A DNA stretch of 64,000 bases from an uncultured Acidobacteriota bacterium (GCA_963764715.1 CAVXTP010000022.1:128001-192000); one strand, 5' to 3'; counted from the first letter of the stretch, positions 43,153 to 53,355 are shown. Made by a program: numbers and translations. Notes: generated by a model from the sequence alone, not told the origin.

Positions 43153-45820
43153 GGTCCGCGAGCGATTCCTGGCCTACTTCGAGGGCCGCGGCCACCGGCG
43201 CGTTCCCTCGTCCTCCCTGATCCCGGCCGAGGACCCGACCCTGCTCTTCGCCAACGCCGGGATGAACCAGTTCAAGGACGTCTTCACCGGCCGCGAGCGG
43301 CGGGACTACACGCGCGCGACGACCTCGCAGAAGTGCGTCCGGGCCGGCGGCAAGCACAACGATCTCGACAACGTGGGCTACACCGGGCGGCACCAGACCT
43401 TCTTCGAGATGCTCGGCAATTTCTCCTTCGGCGACTACTTCAAGGACGAGGCTATCCGCTTCGCCTGGGAGCTCGTCACGGACCGCGAACAGGGCTACGG
43501 CATCGACCCGGAGCGGCTGTGGGCCACGGTCTACACCGACGACGACGAGGCGGCGAACCTCTGGGCGCGGCACCTGCCGGCGTCGCGGGTCCTGCGCTTC
43601 GGGGCGAAGGAGAATTTCTGGGCGATGGGGGAGACAGGGCCGTGCGGCCCGTGCTCCGAGCTCCACTACTACCGGGGACCCGGCCTCGCCGGCAACACGG
43701 CCGACCGGGTCAACGGGCCGGGCGACGACACGCTCGAGATCTGGAACCTCGTCTTCATGCAGTTCGAGCGGGATGCGTCGGGCAAGATGACGCCTCTCCC
43801 GCGGCCCTCGGTCGACACGGGGGCGGGGCTCGAGCGGCTCACGGCGATCCTGCAGAACGTCAACAACAATTTCGACACGGACCTCTTCGCGCCGATCCTC
43901 CGCCGGATCGAGGCGATGTCGGGGCAGACGTACCGCGGGGGGATGGCCGCCGAGGATGCTCCGTTCCGCGTCATCGCGGACCACGTGCGCGCGTCGACGA
44001 TGCTGATCGCCGACGGCGCCCTGCCGTCCAACGAGGGCCGGGGCTACGTGCTGCGCCGCATCCTGCGGCGGGCGATGCGCTACGGCCGCCGGCTCGGCCT
44101 CGACCGCCCGTTCCTCCACGAGCTCGCGCCCACGGTCGTCGAGGGTTTCGCGGGCGTCTACTTCGAGCCGGATGCGGTCGCCTCCGTCGGCCGGACCGTC
44201 GCGGGCGTGCTCGCTCCCGAGGAGGAGCGGTTCGGCAAGACCCTCTCGGACGGCGCCGACCGCGTCGGCGAGGCCATCGAGCGGCTCCGCCGCGAGGGGG
44301 CGACCGCGCTCTCCGGCGACACCGTCTTCCGCTTCTACGACACCTACGGCATCCCCCTCGAGGTCATCGAGGAGATCGCCGGCGACGAGGGCGTGGCGGT
44401 CGACCGCGCGGGCTTCGAGGAATCGCTCGAGCGCCAGCGCGCGTCCTCGCGGGCCTCCCAGAAGTTCGACGCGGCCGACGCGTCGGTCTTCGAGCGCCTC
44501 GAGCTGCCCGAAGCGCACTCCGTCTTCCGGGGCTACCCGGAGCAGGACTTCGTCCGGCTCGCGGGCGCGCGCGTCGAGGCCCTGGTGCGGGACGGCCGGG
44601 AGGTGTCGCTGCTCGAGGCGGGCCAGAGCGGGGACGTGGTCACGGACCGAACGGTGTTCTACCCGGAAGGCGGCGGCCAGGTCGCCGACCGGGGCCGCTG
44701 GACCTGGGCGGGCGGAGAGGCCGAGGTCTCGGATGTCCAGAAGCCGGTGCCGAACCTGATCGCGCACCGCGTGACGGTCGGACGGGGGAGGCTCGAGCTC
44801 GGGCAGGTCGTCGACATGGAAGTGCCCGAGTGGACCCGCCGCCGGACGCAGGCCAACCACACCGGCACGCACCTGCTGCACGCGGCCCTCCGCAAGGTCC
44901 TCGGCCCGTCGGCCCGCCAGATGGGCTCGCTCGTCGCGCCCGACCGGCTGCGCTTCGACTATGCCGCCGCCTCGCCGACGACGCCGGCGCAGCTCGCCGA
45001 GATCGAGCGGCTCGTCAACGAGGAGATCCTCCGGGACCAGCCCGTCGCCAAGGAAGTCATGTCCATGGACGACGCGCGGCGGCGGGGCGCCGACATGTTC
45101 TTCGGCGAGAAGTACGGCGAGCGGGTGCGGGTCGTCGAGGTGCCGGGGTTCTCGACCGAGCTCTGCGGCGGATGCCACGTCCCGCGCACCGGCGAGATCG
45201 GCGCCTTCAAGGTCGTCTCCGACCGCGGCATCGCCCAGGGGCAGCGGCGCATCGAGGCGGTGACCTCGCTCGGCGCGGTCGAGCTCCTCTCGAAGGACGA
45301 GCGGATCCTGAACGACCTGGCGGCGTTCGCGCAGGTCGACCGCGACGCGCTCCCGACGAAGTGGAGCGAGCGCGAGGAGCGCGTCAAGGCGCTCGAGCGC
45401 GAGATCGCATCGCTCAAGCTCAAGCTCGCCTCGGGCGACTCCGGCGCCGAGGGCACGCGCATCGAGGTCGGCGGGATCCCGGTCGTCACGCGCGTGGTCG
45501 AGGGCCTGTCGATCCCGGAGCTGCGCAACCTCTCGGACACGCTGCGCTCGAAGGTCAAGAGCGGGGTCGTCGCGGTCGGCACGGTGGGGGACGGCAAGAC
45601 GTCGGTCATCATCGCCGTCACGCCGGACCTCGTGCGCCGGCTGCCGGCCTCGCAGATCGCCTCCCGGGTCGGCCGGGCCCTGGCGGGAAGCGGCGGCGGG
45701 AAGCCCGACCTCGCGCAGGCGGGCGGCAAGAACGCCGACCTCCTGCCGGCCGGGCTGAAGGCCGCGGCGGAGGCCGTGCGCGACCTCCTGGCCGAGCCTC
45801 CGCAGGTGGCGGCGTCCTGA
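43139..45820 (+). CDS. alaS: Alanine--tRNA ligase
   Basis: LLFANAGMNQFK, FFEMLGNFSFGDYFK, HTGTHLLH, ELCGGCH, GGGKPDLAQAGG. Confidence 0.97.
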   Translation: MKSTEVRERFLAYFEGRGHRRVPSSSLIPAEDPTLLFANAGMNQFKDVFTGRERRDYTRATTSQKCVRAGGKHNDLDNVGYTGRHQTFFEMLGNFSFGDYFKDEAIRFAWELVTDREQGYGIDPERLWATVYTDDDEAANLWARHLPASRVLRFGAKENFWAMGETGPCGPCSELHYYRGPGLAGNTADRVNGPGDDTLEIWNLVFMQFERDASGKMTPLPRPSVDTGAGLERLTAILQNVNNNFDTDLFAPILRRIEAMSGQTYRGGMAAEDAPFRVIADHVRASTMLIADGALPSNEGRGYVLRRILRRAMRYGRRLGLDRPFLHELAPTVVEGFAGVYFEPDAVASVGRTVAGVLAPEEERFGKTLSDGADRVGEAIERLRREGATALSGDTVFRFYDTYGIPLEVIEEIAGDEGVAVDRAGFEESLERQRASSRASQKFDAADASVFERLELPEAHSVFRGYPEQDFVRLAGARVEALVRDGREVSLLEAGQSGDVVTDRTVFYPEGGGQVADRGRWTWAGGEAEVSDVQKPVPNLIAHRVTVGRGRLELGQVVDMEVPEWTRRRTQANHTGTHLLHAALRKVLGPSARQMGSLVAPDRLRFDYAAASPTTPAQLAEIERLVNEEILRDQPVAKEVMSMDDARRRGADMFFGEKYGERVRVVEVPGFSTELCGGCHVPRTGEIGAFKVVSDRGIAQGQRRIEAVTSLGAVELLSKDERILNDLAAFAQVDRDALPTKWSEREERVKALEREIASLKLKLASGDSGAEGTRIEVGGIPVVTRVVEGLSIPELRNLSDTLRSKVKSGVVAVGTVGDGKTSVIIAVTPDLVRRLPASQIASRVGRALAGSGGGKPDLAQAGGKNADLLPAGLKAAAEAVRDLLAEPPQVAAS

Positions 45821-45881
45821 GGACGCGGGCCGTGACGCCGCGCACAGGCCGGGCGTCGGGGAACTTCCGAGGCCTCAGGCG

Positions 45882-45910
45882 TTTACCCGCCCCGGTCGGT
45901 CGGCTATAAT
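45882..45910 (+). promoter_or_regulatory. Sigma70-type promoter of the slt-like gene
   Basis: TTTACC-17 bp-TATAAT. Confidence 0.55.
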
Positions 45911-45925
45911 TTTCATTCCCAATCC

Positions 45926-46621
45926 ATGAAGCTTCGAACGCTCCTCGCGCTGGGAGTGCTCGCCGGTTTTGCGCCGGCGGCCGGGGCCGAAGTGCGCGTC
46001 AAGGTCGAGTCCGGGCGGCACGTCATCTACAACGACGGTCCGGCCAAGCTCATGGCGAGCGAGGACTGGCTCGCCTCCCGCGTCCGGCGCGCCTCGCCCT
46101 TCGACGACCTGATCGAAGCCTCGGCCCAGGAGAACTCGGTCGACCCGAAGCTCGTCAAGTCCGTGATGCTCGTCGAGTCCGGCTTCAATCCCGCCGCGAT
46201 CTCCCGGAAGGGGGCGCGCGGCCTCATGCAGCTCATGCCCGCGACCGCGGCCGAGCACGGCGTCTCGGACGTCCACGACCCGAAGCAGAACATCGCGGCG
46301 GGCACGCGGTACCTCTCGCGGCTGCTGTCCTACTACGGCGGCGACCTCGTCAAGTCGCTCGCCGCGTACAACGCGGGCGAGGCGGCGGTCGACCGCTACG
46401 ACGGCGTGCCGCCGTACGACGAGACGCAGCTCTACGTGCGCAAGACCCTCGCCGCCTACTACGGGAAGTCGACGCTCGGCGGCGGCTTCGGCAAGCCCGC
46501 CACGCAGACCTTCCGCGGCATTCCGAGCTCCGAGGGAAAGCCCGTCCACTGGATGCGCGACGAGCGCACGAACCGCGTCATCCTGACGACGAAGGGCCGC
46601 GCTCCCCGCCGCCTCGGGTAG
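45926..46621 (+). CDS. Secreted lytic transglycosylase (SLT domain)
   Basis: Signal peptide; ESGFNPAAISRKGARGLMQLMP, AAYNAGE, ETQLYV. Confidence 0.92.
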   Translation: MKLRTLLALGVLAGFAPAAGAEVRVKVESGRHVIYNDGPAKLMASEDWLASRVRRASPFDDLIEASAQENSVDPKLVKSVMLVESGFNPAAISRKGARGLMQLMPATAAEHGVSDVHDPKQNIAAGTRYLSRLLSYYGGDLVKSLAAYNAGEAAVDRYDGVPPYDETQLYVRKTLAAYYGKSTLGGGFGKPATQTFRGIPSSEGKPVHWMRDERTNRVILTTKGRAPRRLG

Positions 46622-46640
46622 CCGCGCGGCAGGGACGACC

Positions 46641-47945
46641 TTGGAGAACGCGGCCGGCGAACCATCCCCCGTCGATCAGGGGCTCTTTCTCCTGCACCTG
46701 AATCGCGCGCGGCGCGGCGTCCGCGAGAGCCGCCTGGAGGAGGCCTGGGAGGAGCTCGAGAAGGCCCGGAGCATCCGTCCCGGCGACGAGGACGTCCTGA
46801 ACCTGCTCTCCCTCCTCGAATTCAAGCGGGGTCACTACAACGAGGCGGCCAACGCCGCCCGCACGCTTCTCGCCGACAATCCCAGCTCCGAAGTCCTCCG
46901 CGCGAACCTCGGCCTGATTCTCTTCAAGGCCGGGTTCCTGGCGGAAGCGGAGCTGGAGTTGCGCAAGGCGATCGAGATGCGTCCCGGCCACCTGCGCAGC
47001 CACCTCTACCTCGGCCTCCTGTACCAGACGCGGGGCAAGCTCGGGCTGGCGCTCGAGCATCTCCGCGTCGCCGGCGCGCGGCGCCGCGTCGTCGAGATCG
47101 AGGAGGCGCTGCGCCGCAACAGCCGCGACGCCGCCGGCCGCCCGAGCCTCTCCGACACGGCCCCGACCTCGAGGCCGAACGTTCCCGAACCGTCGCCGGC
47201 GGCGCCCGCGGGCCCCCGCACGACCGTCGAGCGGCCGCTCGCCGAGCCGCCGGAGTTCCAGCCGGCTTTCTCCGAGGCCCCGGAGAAGGCGACGCCGATC
47301 GCGATCGGGGCGCCCGAGGCGCGGCCGCTCTTCAAGATCCGGGCCGAGGGCGGGCTCGAAGTCGCCTCGCGCGGAACGGTCTTCGTCCGGAAAGGCTGCG
47401 TCGCCTGGTACAGCGGGAAGCTGCGCTTCGCGCCGCTCCCCGAGTTCCGCGGGACCTCCCTCGAGCGGATCCTCCGCGCGAGCGGCGTCGGCGCCCTGCT
47501 GATCAACGATCCCGGCCGGCGCGCCTACCGGCGCGACCTCTCGGGCCAGACCCTCTTCGTCGAGGGCTCGCGCCTGCTCGCCCTCGACCACGGCCTGACG
47601 TTCCGGATCGATGCCATCCACGACTTCCGCCGCAACCGCCGGGTCGACGTGCTCCGCGTCCAGGGCCGCGGCAGCGCCATCTTCTCGGTCGGCGGACCGG
47701 TCCTCTCGCACGAGGTTTCGGCGGACTATCCGCTCTCGATCTCGTCGCGCGACCTCGTTGCCTGGTCGGGCGACCTCGTCGCCTCGGTGCTCGACGACGA
47801 CTTCCTCGAGGAGGTCATGCACGCCGACGTGGCGAGCCCTCCGAAGCTCCGCTTCGAGGGCGAGGGGACCGTCCTGACGGAGCCGCCGCGGCCGCGGCGC
47901 CGCGCCTCGGACCAGGACCGCCCGGTCGACCAGCGGCGCGGCTAG
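46641..47945 (+). CDS. TPR + AIM24 (DUF124)-like domain protein
   Basis: N-terminal TPR helices, Pro-rich linker, C-terminal beta domain with VAWSGDL...RFEGEGTVL. Confidence 0.7.
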   Translation: MENAAGEPSPVDQGLFLLHLNRARRGVRESRLEEAWEELEKARSIRPGDEDVLNLLSLLEFKRGHYNEAANAARTLLADNPSSEVLRANLGLILFKAGFLAEAELELRKAIEMRPGHLRSHLYLGLLYQTRGKLGLALEHLRVAGARRRVVEIEEALRRNSRDAAGRPSLSDTAPTSRPNVPEPSPAAPAGPRTTVERPLAEPPEFQPAFSEAPEKATPIAIGAPEARPLFKIRAEGGLEVASRGTVFVRKGCVAWYSGKLRFAPLPEFRGTSLERILRASGVGALLINDPGRRAYRRDLSGQTLFVEGSRLLALDHGLTFRIDAIHDFRRNRRVDVLRVQGRGSAIFSVGGPVLSHEVSADYPLSISSRDLVAWSGDLVASVLDDDFLEEVMHADVASPPKLRFEGEGTVLTEPPRPRRRASDQDRPVDQRRG

Positions 47946-49366
47946 GCGCCGGACGGCGGCGCGCCGCTCACGAACCGCTTCAGGCGTTCCTCGGCCTCGT
48001 CGAGGATCGCCCGCATCGTCTTCCCCTCCTCGTGCTCGCAGTACAGCCGGACCATCGGCTCGGTGCCCGACAGGCGGTGGAGGAGCCACCCGCGCTCGCC
48101 GAAGACGTACTTGACGCCGTCGCGGTCGAGCACCGCCGTGACGGCCTCGCCCGCGACCGAAGCCGGCCGCGCGTCGCGGACCCCCTCGAGGTATCGGGCC
48201 ACGACCTCGACCGGCAGGCGCACGTCGCGCCGTCCGTACTCGAAGCGGCCGAACTCGGCGGAGAGCGCGTCGAGCGCCTGCCCGAGCGTCCGCCCGGACA
48301 CGGCGAGGCTCTCGAGCAGCAGGAGCGACGAGAGCACCCCGTCGCGCTCGGGCAGGTGGAAGCCGAACGCGTAGCCTCCGCTCTCTTCGCCGCCGGCCAC
48401 GGCCTCGCCCCGGTTCATCAGCTCCGCGACGTACTTGAAGCCGATGCCCGTCTCGATGAGGGGAACGCCGAGACTCCGGGCGATCCGGTCGATCTGGAAG
48501 GACGTCGAGAACGTCTTGGCGATTCCCCCGCGCAGGCCGCGGTGCCGGTAGGCGTGGAGGAGCAGGAGGGCGAGAACCTGGTGCGGCGAGACGAAACGGC
48601 CCGCCGCGTCGAGGACCCCGAGCCGGTCGGCGTCGCCGTCCTGGGCGACCGCCAGGTCGAGCTTCCCGGCGCGCACGCGGTCCGAGGCCGCCACGAGGTT
48701 CTCGCCGATTGGCTCCGGGTGCACGCCTCCGAACAGGGGGTCCCGGGTGGTCCGGAACGGTTCGACCCGCAGCCGCCCGCCCGAGAGGAGGTCCGGCAGC
48801 AGCGATCCCGCGGCCCCGTGCATCGCGTCGGTCAGGACCGCGAGCGAGGAGGCGCGGATCGCGCCGAGGTCGACGAGGTCGGCGAGCCTCCCGGCGTAGT
48901 CGCGCCGCAGGTCAGCGACCTCGATGCGCCCCGGCGTCGCGGCCCGGGGAAGCGGGCGATCGGCCTCGGCCGCCACGGCCGCGTACGTCTCGGGAGGGGC
49001 GCTGCCGCCGAAGTGGGCCTTGATCTTGAAGCCGTTGTAGTGGCCCGGGTTGTGGCTCGCGGTGATCGCGATCCCCGCCTTGAGCCCCAGCCGGCGCACG
49101 TGGAAGGACACCGCGGGGGTGGGAATCGGCCGGTCGGTCAGGAGGACGTCGACGCCGGCGTCGGCGAAGACCTCGGCCGCGGCGCGCGCGAACTCCGGCG
49201 AGAAGAAGCGGGGATCGTGCCCGACCACGATCCGCGAGGCGTCGCCGGGGCCCGTGTCCGCCGCGTACCAGCGCGCGGTGGCGCGCGCGATCCGGCGGAT
49301 CTCGTCGAAGGTGCAGGCGTCGGCGATGATGCCGCGCCACCCGTCGGTGCCGAACGCGATCGTCAA
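47942..49366 (-). CDS. Phosphoglucomutase/phosphomannomutase family protein
   Basis: FGTDGWRG, TASHNP, DGDADR, GGEESGG, R.SGTEP; TTG start overlaps the upstream stop. Confidence 0.93.
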   Translation of the reverse strand: MTIAFGTDGWRGIIADACTFDEIRRIARATARWYAADTGPGDASRIVVGHDPRFFSPEFARAAAEVFADAGVDVLLTDRPIPTPAVSFHVRRLGLKAGIAITASHNPGHYNGFKIKAHFGGSAPPETYAAVAAEADRPLPRAATPGRIEVADLRRDYAGRLADLVDLGAIRASSLAVLTDAMHGAAGSLLPDLLSGGRLRVEPFRTTRDPLFGGVHPEPIGENLVAASDRVRAGKLDLAVAQDGDADRLGVLDAAGRFVSPHQVLALLLLHAYRHRGLRGGIAKTFSTSFQIDRIARSLGVPLIETGIGFKYVAELMNRGEAVAGGEESGGYAFGFHLPERDGVLSSLLLLESLAVSGRTLGQALDALSAEFGRFEYGRRDVRLPVEVVARYLEGVRDARPASVAGEAVTAVLDRDGVKYVFGERGWLLHRLSGTEPMVRLYCEHEEGKTMRAILDEAEERLKRFVSGAPPSGA

Positions 49367-50811
49367 CGCCCGCCCGCGGGAAGGACGCGGAACGCCGCGA
49401 GGCGGGCGGCGTCGTAGCCCTGGCGCTCGAGGAACTCGGAGGCCCGGGCGAACCGGAACCCGCGCTGCGCGAGGCCGTCGAGCAGCACGTCGATGCGGGC
49501 CGCCACCGGCTCCTCCCGGTCGCTGCCGAGGTGGAGCAGCACGATGCCGCCGTTCTCGGCGTGATGGACGAGACGGGACAGCAGGCGGTCGGCGGGCTGG
49601 TATCCCCGGGCCCGGGGGTCCGTGATCCAGTCGAGGCCGTCGAGCCCGGTCCGGCCGCCGGTCCAGCCGACGTGCCAGTAGCCCTGCTCCGCCGCCCAGC
49701 GCCGGATGTCGGCGTTGTGCTCGCCGAAGGGCGCCCGCCAGAGCGGCGCCATCGCGCGGCCGGTGGCCTCGCGGTAGAGCCGGGCCGTGCGCGCGAGCTC
49801 GCCGGCGAGGAACGCCCGATCCACTCCCGGCCGCGTGACCTGGCGGCCGTCGGCCGCGTAGGTCGTCAGGTGCGGGTGCGTGTCGGTGTGGTTGCCGACT
49901 TCGTGCCCGTCGTCGGCGATGCGGCGCGCGAGATCGGGATAACGTCGGATGAAATCGCCCGTCAGGAAGACCGTCGTCCGGATGCGTCGCCGCGCGAGCG
50001 CGTCCAGGATCGCGGCGGCGCCCCGGTCCGAGGAGCCGGCGTCGAACGACACCACGACTTCCTCCCGGTCGGACGGGCCGCGGGTCAGGTCCGGCGCGGC
50101 GGGGCCGCGCGACGGAGGGGGAGCGGGCGGAGGCGCGGCGGCCGCGACCTCCGGAGCCGGCGGGAGCAGGGGACGGGCGGTCGGGACCGGGGCGGAGGGA
50201 GCCGGCGCCGGCCGCCGGAGCGCCGCAACGGGCGCGGGGACGGCCGTCGGCACCGGAGCGGCGCGGGGCGCGGGGGTCGGAGCGTAGGCCGCCTCCGCGG
50301 AAAGCGACATCGCGCCGACGCGATAGGGCCCCTTTTCGCGGACCCCGTCGAATCGAAAGCGTCCGCCGTCGGCCGGCACGCTCGCGACGAAGCGGCCGCC
50401 GGCGAAGAGAAAGACGGCCGAGCCTTCCGGGGCCGTTCCCTCGAGGCGCGTCCCCGACGGGCCGTCCTGGACGGTGTCGAGCCTCGCCGACGGGGCCGGG
50501 CGCCGGGGCGGACCGGCCGGGGACGGTGTCGACAGCGAGTCGAGCTCGCGGACCGTCCGCAGGGCGAGGATCACGGGCGCCGAGGCCGCCATCGCCACCA
50601 GCGCCACGGCCACGCGGCCCGAGACCGGCCGCAGGAGCCTTTCCCGGACGGCGCGCCAGACGGCGTGCCGGCCGGCGTCCCGCGCGCAGCGGGTCGAGCA
50701 GTAGATGTGACCCCGCATGTGCACTTCGCACAGCCGGCAGGCCGGCGTGCGGCAGAAATGGCAGCTCTTGTGGGCCCGCCGGCCGGAATGGGTCGGGCAG
50801 GGAACGTTCAC
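49363..50811 (-). CDS. Polysaccharide deacetylase (NodB/CE4) with N-terminal Cys/His zinc-finger and TM anchor
   Basis: SFDAG, HEVGNHTDTHPH, RAPFG, IVLLH; N-terminal CPTH...C..C...C..C...C...C. Confidence 0.85.
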   Translation of the reverse strand: MNVPCPTHSGRRAHKSCHFCRTPACRLCEVHMRGHIYCSTRCARDAGRHAVWRAVRERLLRPVSGRVAVALVAMAASAPVILALRTVRELDSLSTPSPAGPPRRPAPSARLDTVQDGPSGTRLEGTAPEGSAVFLFAGGRFVASVPADGGRFRFDGVREKGPYRVGAMSLSAEAAYAPTPAPRAAPVPTAVPAPVAALRRPAPAPSAPVPTARPLLPPAPEVAAAAPPPAPPPSRGPAAPDLTRGPSDREEVVVSFDAGSSDRGAAAILDALARRRIRTTVFLTGDFIRRYPDLARRIADDGHEVGNHTDTHPHLTTYAADGRQVTRPGVDRAFLAGELARTARLYREATGRAMAPLWRAPFGEHNADIRRWAAEQGYWHVGWTGGRTGLDGLDWITDPRARGYQPADRLLSRLVHHAENGGIVLLHLGSDREEPVAARIDVLLDGLAQRGFRFARASEFLERQGYDAARLAAFRVLPAGGR

Positions 50812-50855
50812 CCGCCTATTATGGGGGAACGGGCATCCCGTATATTTGCCGCGCC

Positions 50856-51413
50856 GTGAAGATCAACCTGCCCAACGCGCTGACGCTGACGCGCATCTTT
50901 CTGGTGCCGTTCCTCGTCGTCGTCCTCCTGACGAAGTTCGAGGGCCGCGAGACGGTGGGCCTGCTGATCTTCCTGACGGCGGTCGCGACCGATTTCCTGG
51001 ACGGCTGGCTCGCGCGGCGCCGCGGCGAGATCACGACGCTCGGAACGCTGCTCGATCCGATCGCCGACAAGCTCCTGATTTCGGCGGCCTTCATCTCGCT
51101 CGTCGAGCTGAAGATGGCGCCGGCGTGGATGGTCGTCGTCGTCATCGGCCGGGAATTCGCGGTGTCGGGCCTGCGCTCGATCGGATCGGCCCGGGGAATC
51201 GTCATCCCCGCCTCGGGATGGGGCAAGGCCAAGATGATCACGCAGATCGCGGCGGTGTCGCTCCTGATTCTCGCGCTGCGGCACGAGCGCTTCCTCGAGG
51301 CGGGCCGGTTCGCGCTCTGGCTCGTCGTGGCCATCGCCCTCGCCTCGGGCACGGAGTACTTCCTGAGGTTCTTCCGCCGGATCGTGCTCGAGGACGGAGC
51401 GGAGGGCCGCTAA
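50856..51413 (+). CDS. pgsA: CDP-diacylglycerol--glycerol-3-phosphate 3-phosphatidyltransferase
   Basis: NLPNALTLTRI, DFLDGWLAR, G.LLDPIADK, REFAVSGLR. Confidence 0.95.
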   Translation: MKINLPNALTLTRIFLVPFLVVVLLTKFEGRETVGLLIFLTAVATDFLDGWLARRRGEITTLGTLLDPIADKLLISAAFISLVELKMAPAWMVVVVIGREFAVSGLRSIGSARGIVIPASGWGKAKMITQIAAVSLLILALRHERFLEAGRFALWLVVAIALASGTEYFLRFFRRIVLEDGAEGR

Positions 51414-52051
51414 GCCGGCCGGCGCGCCGCGAAGCGCCAGATGGGCCGTCCCTCTTCGAGGTACTTCAGCTCGTAGTGGGTCGGGGGCGGCGCGGGAAGG
51501 CTCGACCACTCGAGGCGCTCGAGCCCGTCCACCGTCTCGAGGAGCGAGCCGAGATCGGCGCCGTAGTCGGGGTGGTCGGTCGCGATGCGGACCGTGCCGC
51601 CGGGCGCGAGCCGCGACGCGAGCAGGTCGAGGAACACACCGTCGAGGAGCCGGCGCTTGCGCTGCTTCTTCTTCGGCCAGGGATCCGGGAAGTAGATGTG
51701 GAACGCATGCACGGAGGCGGGGGGGAGGGCGGTCTCGACGAACATGCGCCCGTCGGCTCGCACGACCCGGGCGTTGCCGAGTCCCGTGCGCGCGACGCGC
51801 TCGCGGCAGAGGCGGTAGTAGGAAAGCGAGCGCTCGATTCCCAGGAAGTCGTGCGCGGGGCAGGCCCGCGCCGACGCGAGGAGGAAGCGCGCCTTGCCGC
51901 TGCCGATCTCGACTTCGAGCGGGGCGAGCCGCGCGAAGAACGCCTCCGGGTCGAACCGACGCCCGAACCAGAGCTCTTCGTCCGCCGCGCCCGGCCACCG
52001 TCCCGGCGAACCCGCTGTGCTACCCTGATTTCGCAGAGCCGCGATTTTCAT
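51410..52051 (-). CDS. trmB: tRNA (guanine-N7) methyltransferase
   Basis: EIGSGKA, FLGIE, FPDPWPKKKQRKRRL, ATDH..Y, THYELK. Confidence 0.92.
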   Translation of the reverse strand: MKIAALRNQGSTAGSPGRWPGAADEELWFGRRFDPEAFFARLAPLEVEIGSGKARFLLASARACPAHDFLGIERSLSYYRLCRERVARTGLGNARVVRADGRMFVETALPPASVHAFHIYFPDPWPKKKQRKRRLLDGVFLDLLASRLAPGGTVRIATDHPDYGADLGSLLETVDGLERLEWSSLPAPPPTHYELKYLEEGRPIWRFAARRPA

Positions 52052-52343
52052 GCCCACGATCGTCTTCGTCAACGAGGGGAAAGCGGGCACGGTCGAGGAG
52101 GGCACCACGGTCCTCCAGGCGGCCCTGGACCTCGGCGTCAAGATCAGCCACGTCTGCGGGGGCAACGGGACCTGCTCGACCTGCCGCGTCGAGATCGTCG
52201 TGGGGGGCGAAAACCTGACGCCCGTCAACCCGCAGGAGCTCGCCTACGAGATGGGAAACGGCCGGCGCCTGGGTTGCCAGGCGCGGGTCCGGGGCAACTG
52301 CGCGGTGCGCGCCCTGATGATCCCGAAGGTCGAGCTCTACTAG
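52050..52343 (+). CDS. 2Fe-2S ferredoxin
   Basis: CGGNGTCSTC...RLGCQ. Confidence 0.9.
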   Translation: MPTIVFVNEGKAGTVEEGTTVLQAALDLGVKISHVCGGNGTCSTCRVEIVVGGENLTPVNPQELAYEMGNGRRLGCQARVRGNCAVRALMIPKVELY

Positions 52344-52347
52344 CCCC

Positions 52348-53355
52348 CTAGCCCCGGGCGCGGTCGGCGACCGCCCGGGCGAACGCCCGGGTCCCCGCCG
52401 TGCCGCCGATGTCGGGCGTCTTGATCCCGGCCTCGAAGGTCCCGAAAAGCGCCCGTTCCGTGCGGTCGGCGAGCGCGGCGAGGCCCATGTGCCGGAGCAT
52501 GAGGATCGCCGACATCAGGAGGGCCGTGGGGTTCGCGCGGTCCTGGCCCGCGATGTCGGGAGCCGTCCCGTGGACCGCCTCGAAGAGGGCCACGCTCTCG
52601 CCGAGGTTGGCCCCCGGCACGAGGCCGAGCCCGCCGACGAGGCCCGCGGCGAGGTCGGACACGATGTCCCCGTAGAGATTCGGCAGGAGGAGGAGGTCGT
52701 ACTTCTCGGGCCGCATCACGAGCTCCATGGACGCGGCATCCACGATGCGGTCGTCGGAGGCGATGTCGGGGTAGTCCTCGGCGACCTTGCGGACGCAGTC
52801 GAGGAAGAGGCCGTCCGAGAGCTTCATGATGTTGGCCTTGTGGACCGCCGTGACGCGCCGCCGGCCGCGCGCCCGGGCGTACTCGAAGGCGTAGCGCGCG
52901 ATCCGGGTCGACGCGACCTCGGTGATGATCTTGATGGACTCGACCACCCCGGGGATCACCGTGTGCTCCAGGCCGCTGTAGAGGTCCTCCGTGTTCTCGC
53001 GGACGATGACGAGGTCGACGCCGGAGAACCGGCTGACGATCGACGGAACGTTGCGGACCGGCCGCACGTTCGCGAACAGCTCGAGCTCGCGGCGCATCCG
53101 CACGTTGACGGACTGGAAGCCCTTTCCGATGGGCGTGCCGACCGGCCCCTTGAGGGCCACGCGGTTTCGGCGGATCGACTCCAGGGCTCGCGCCGGCAGC
53201 GGATCGCCCTCGGCTTTCTCGGCGTCCCGGCCGACGAGGACTTCCTCCCACGCGATCGGCGCGCCGACGGCCTCGAGGACCGTCACGACGGCGTCGGCGA
53301 CTTCGGGGCCGATGCCGTCGCCCCGGATCAGGGTCACCCGGTGGTCGTGGCTCAA
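52348..53355 (-). CDS. NAD-dependent isocitrate/isopropylmalate dehydrogenase family protein
   Basis: GDGIGPEV, RENTEDLY, HKANIMK, NLYGDIVSD, EAVHGTAPDIAG. Confidence 0.92.
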   Translation of the reverse strand: MSHDHRVTLIRGDGIGPEVADAVVTVLEAVGAPIAWEEVLVGRDAEKAEGDPLPARALESIRRNRVALKGPVGTPIGKGFQSVNVRMRRELELFANVRPVRNVPSIVSRFSGVDLVIVRENTEDLYSGLEHTVIPGVVESIKIITEVASTRIARYAFEYARARGRRRVTAVHKANIMKLSDGLFLDCVRKVAEDYPDIASDDRIVDAASMELVMRPEKYDLLLLPNLYGDIVSDLAAGLVGGLGLVPGANLGESVALFEAVHGTAPDIAGQDRANPTALLMSAILMLRHMGLAALADRTERALFGTFEAGIKTPDIGGTAGTRAFARAVADRARG

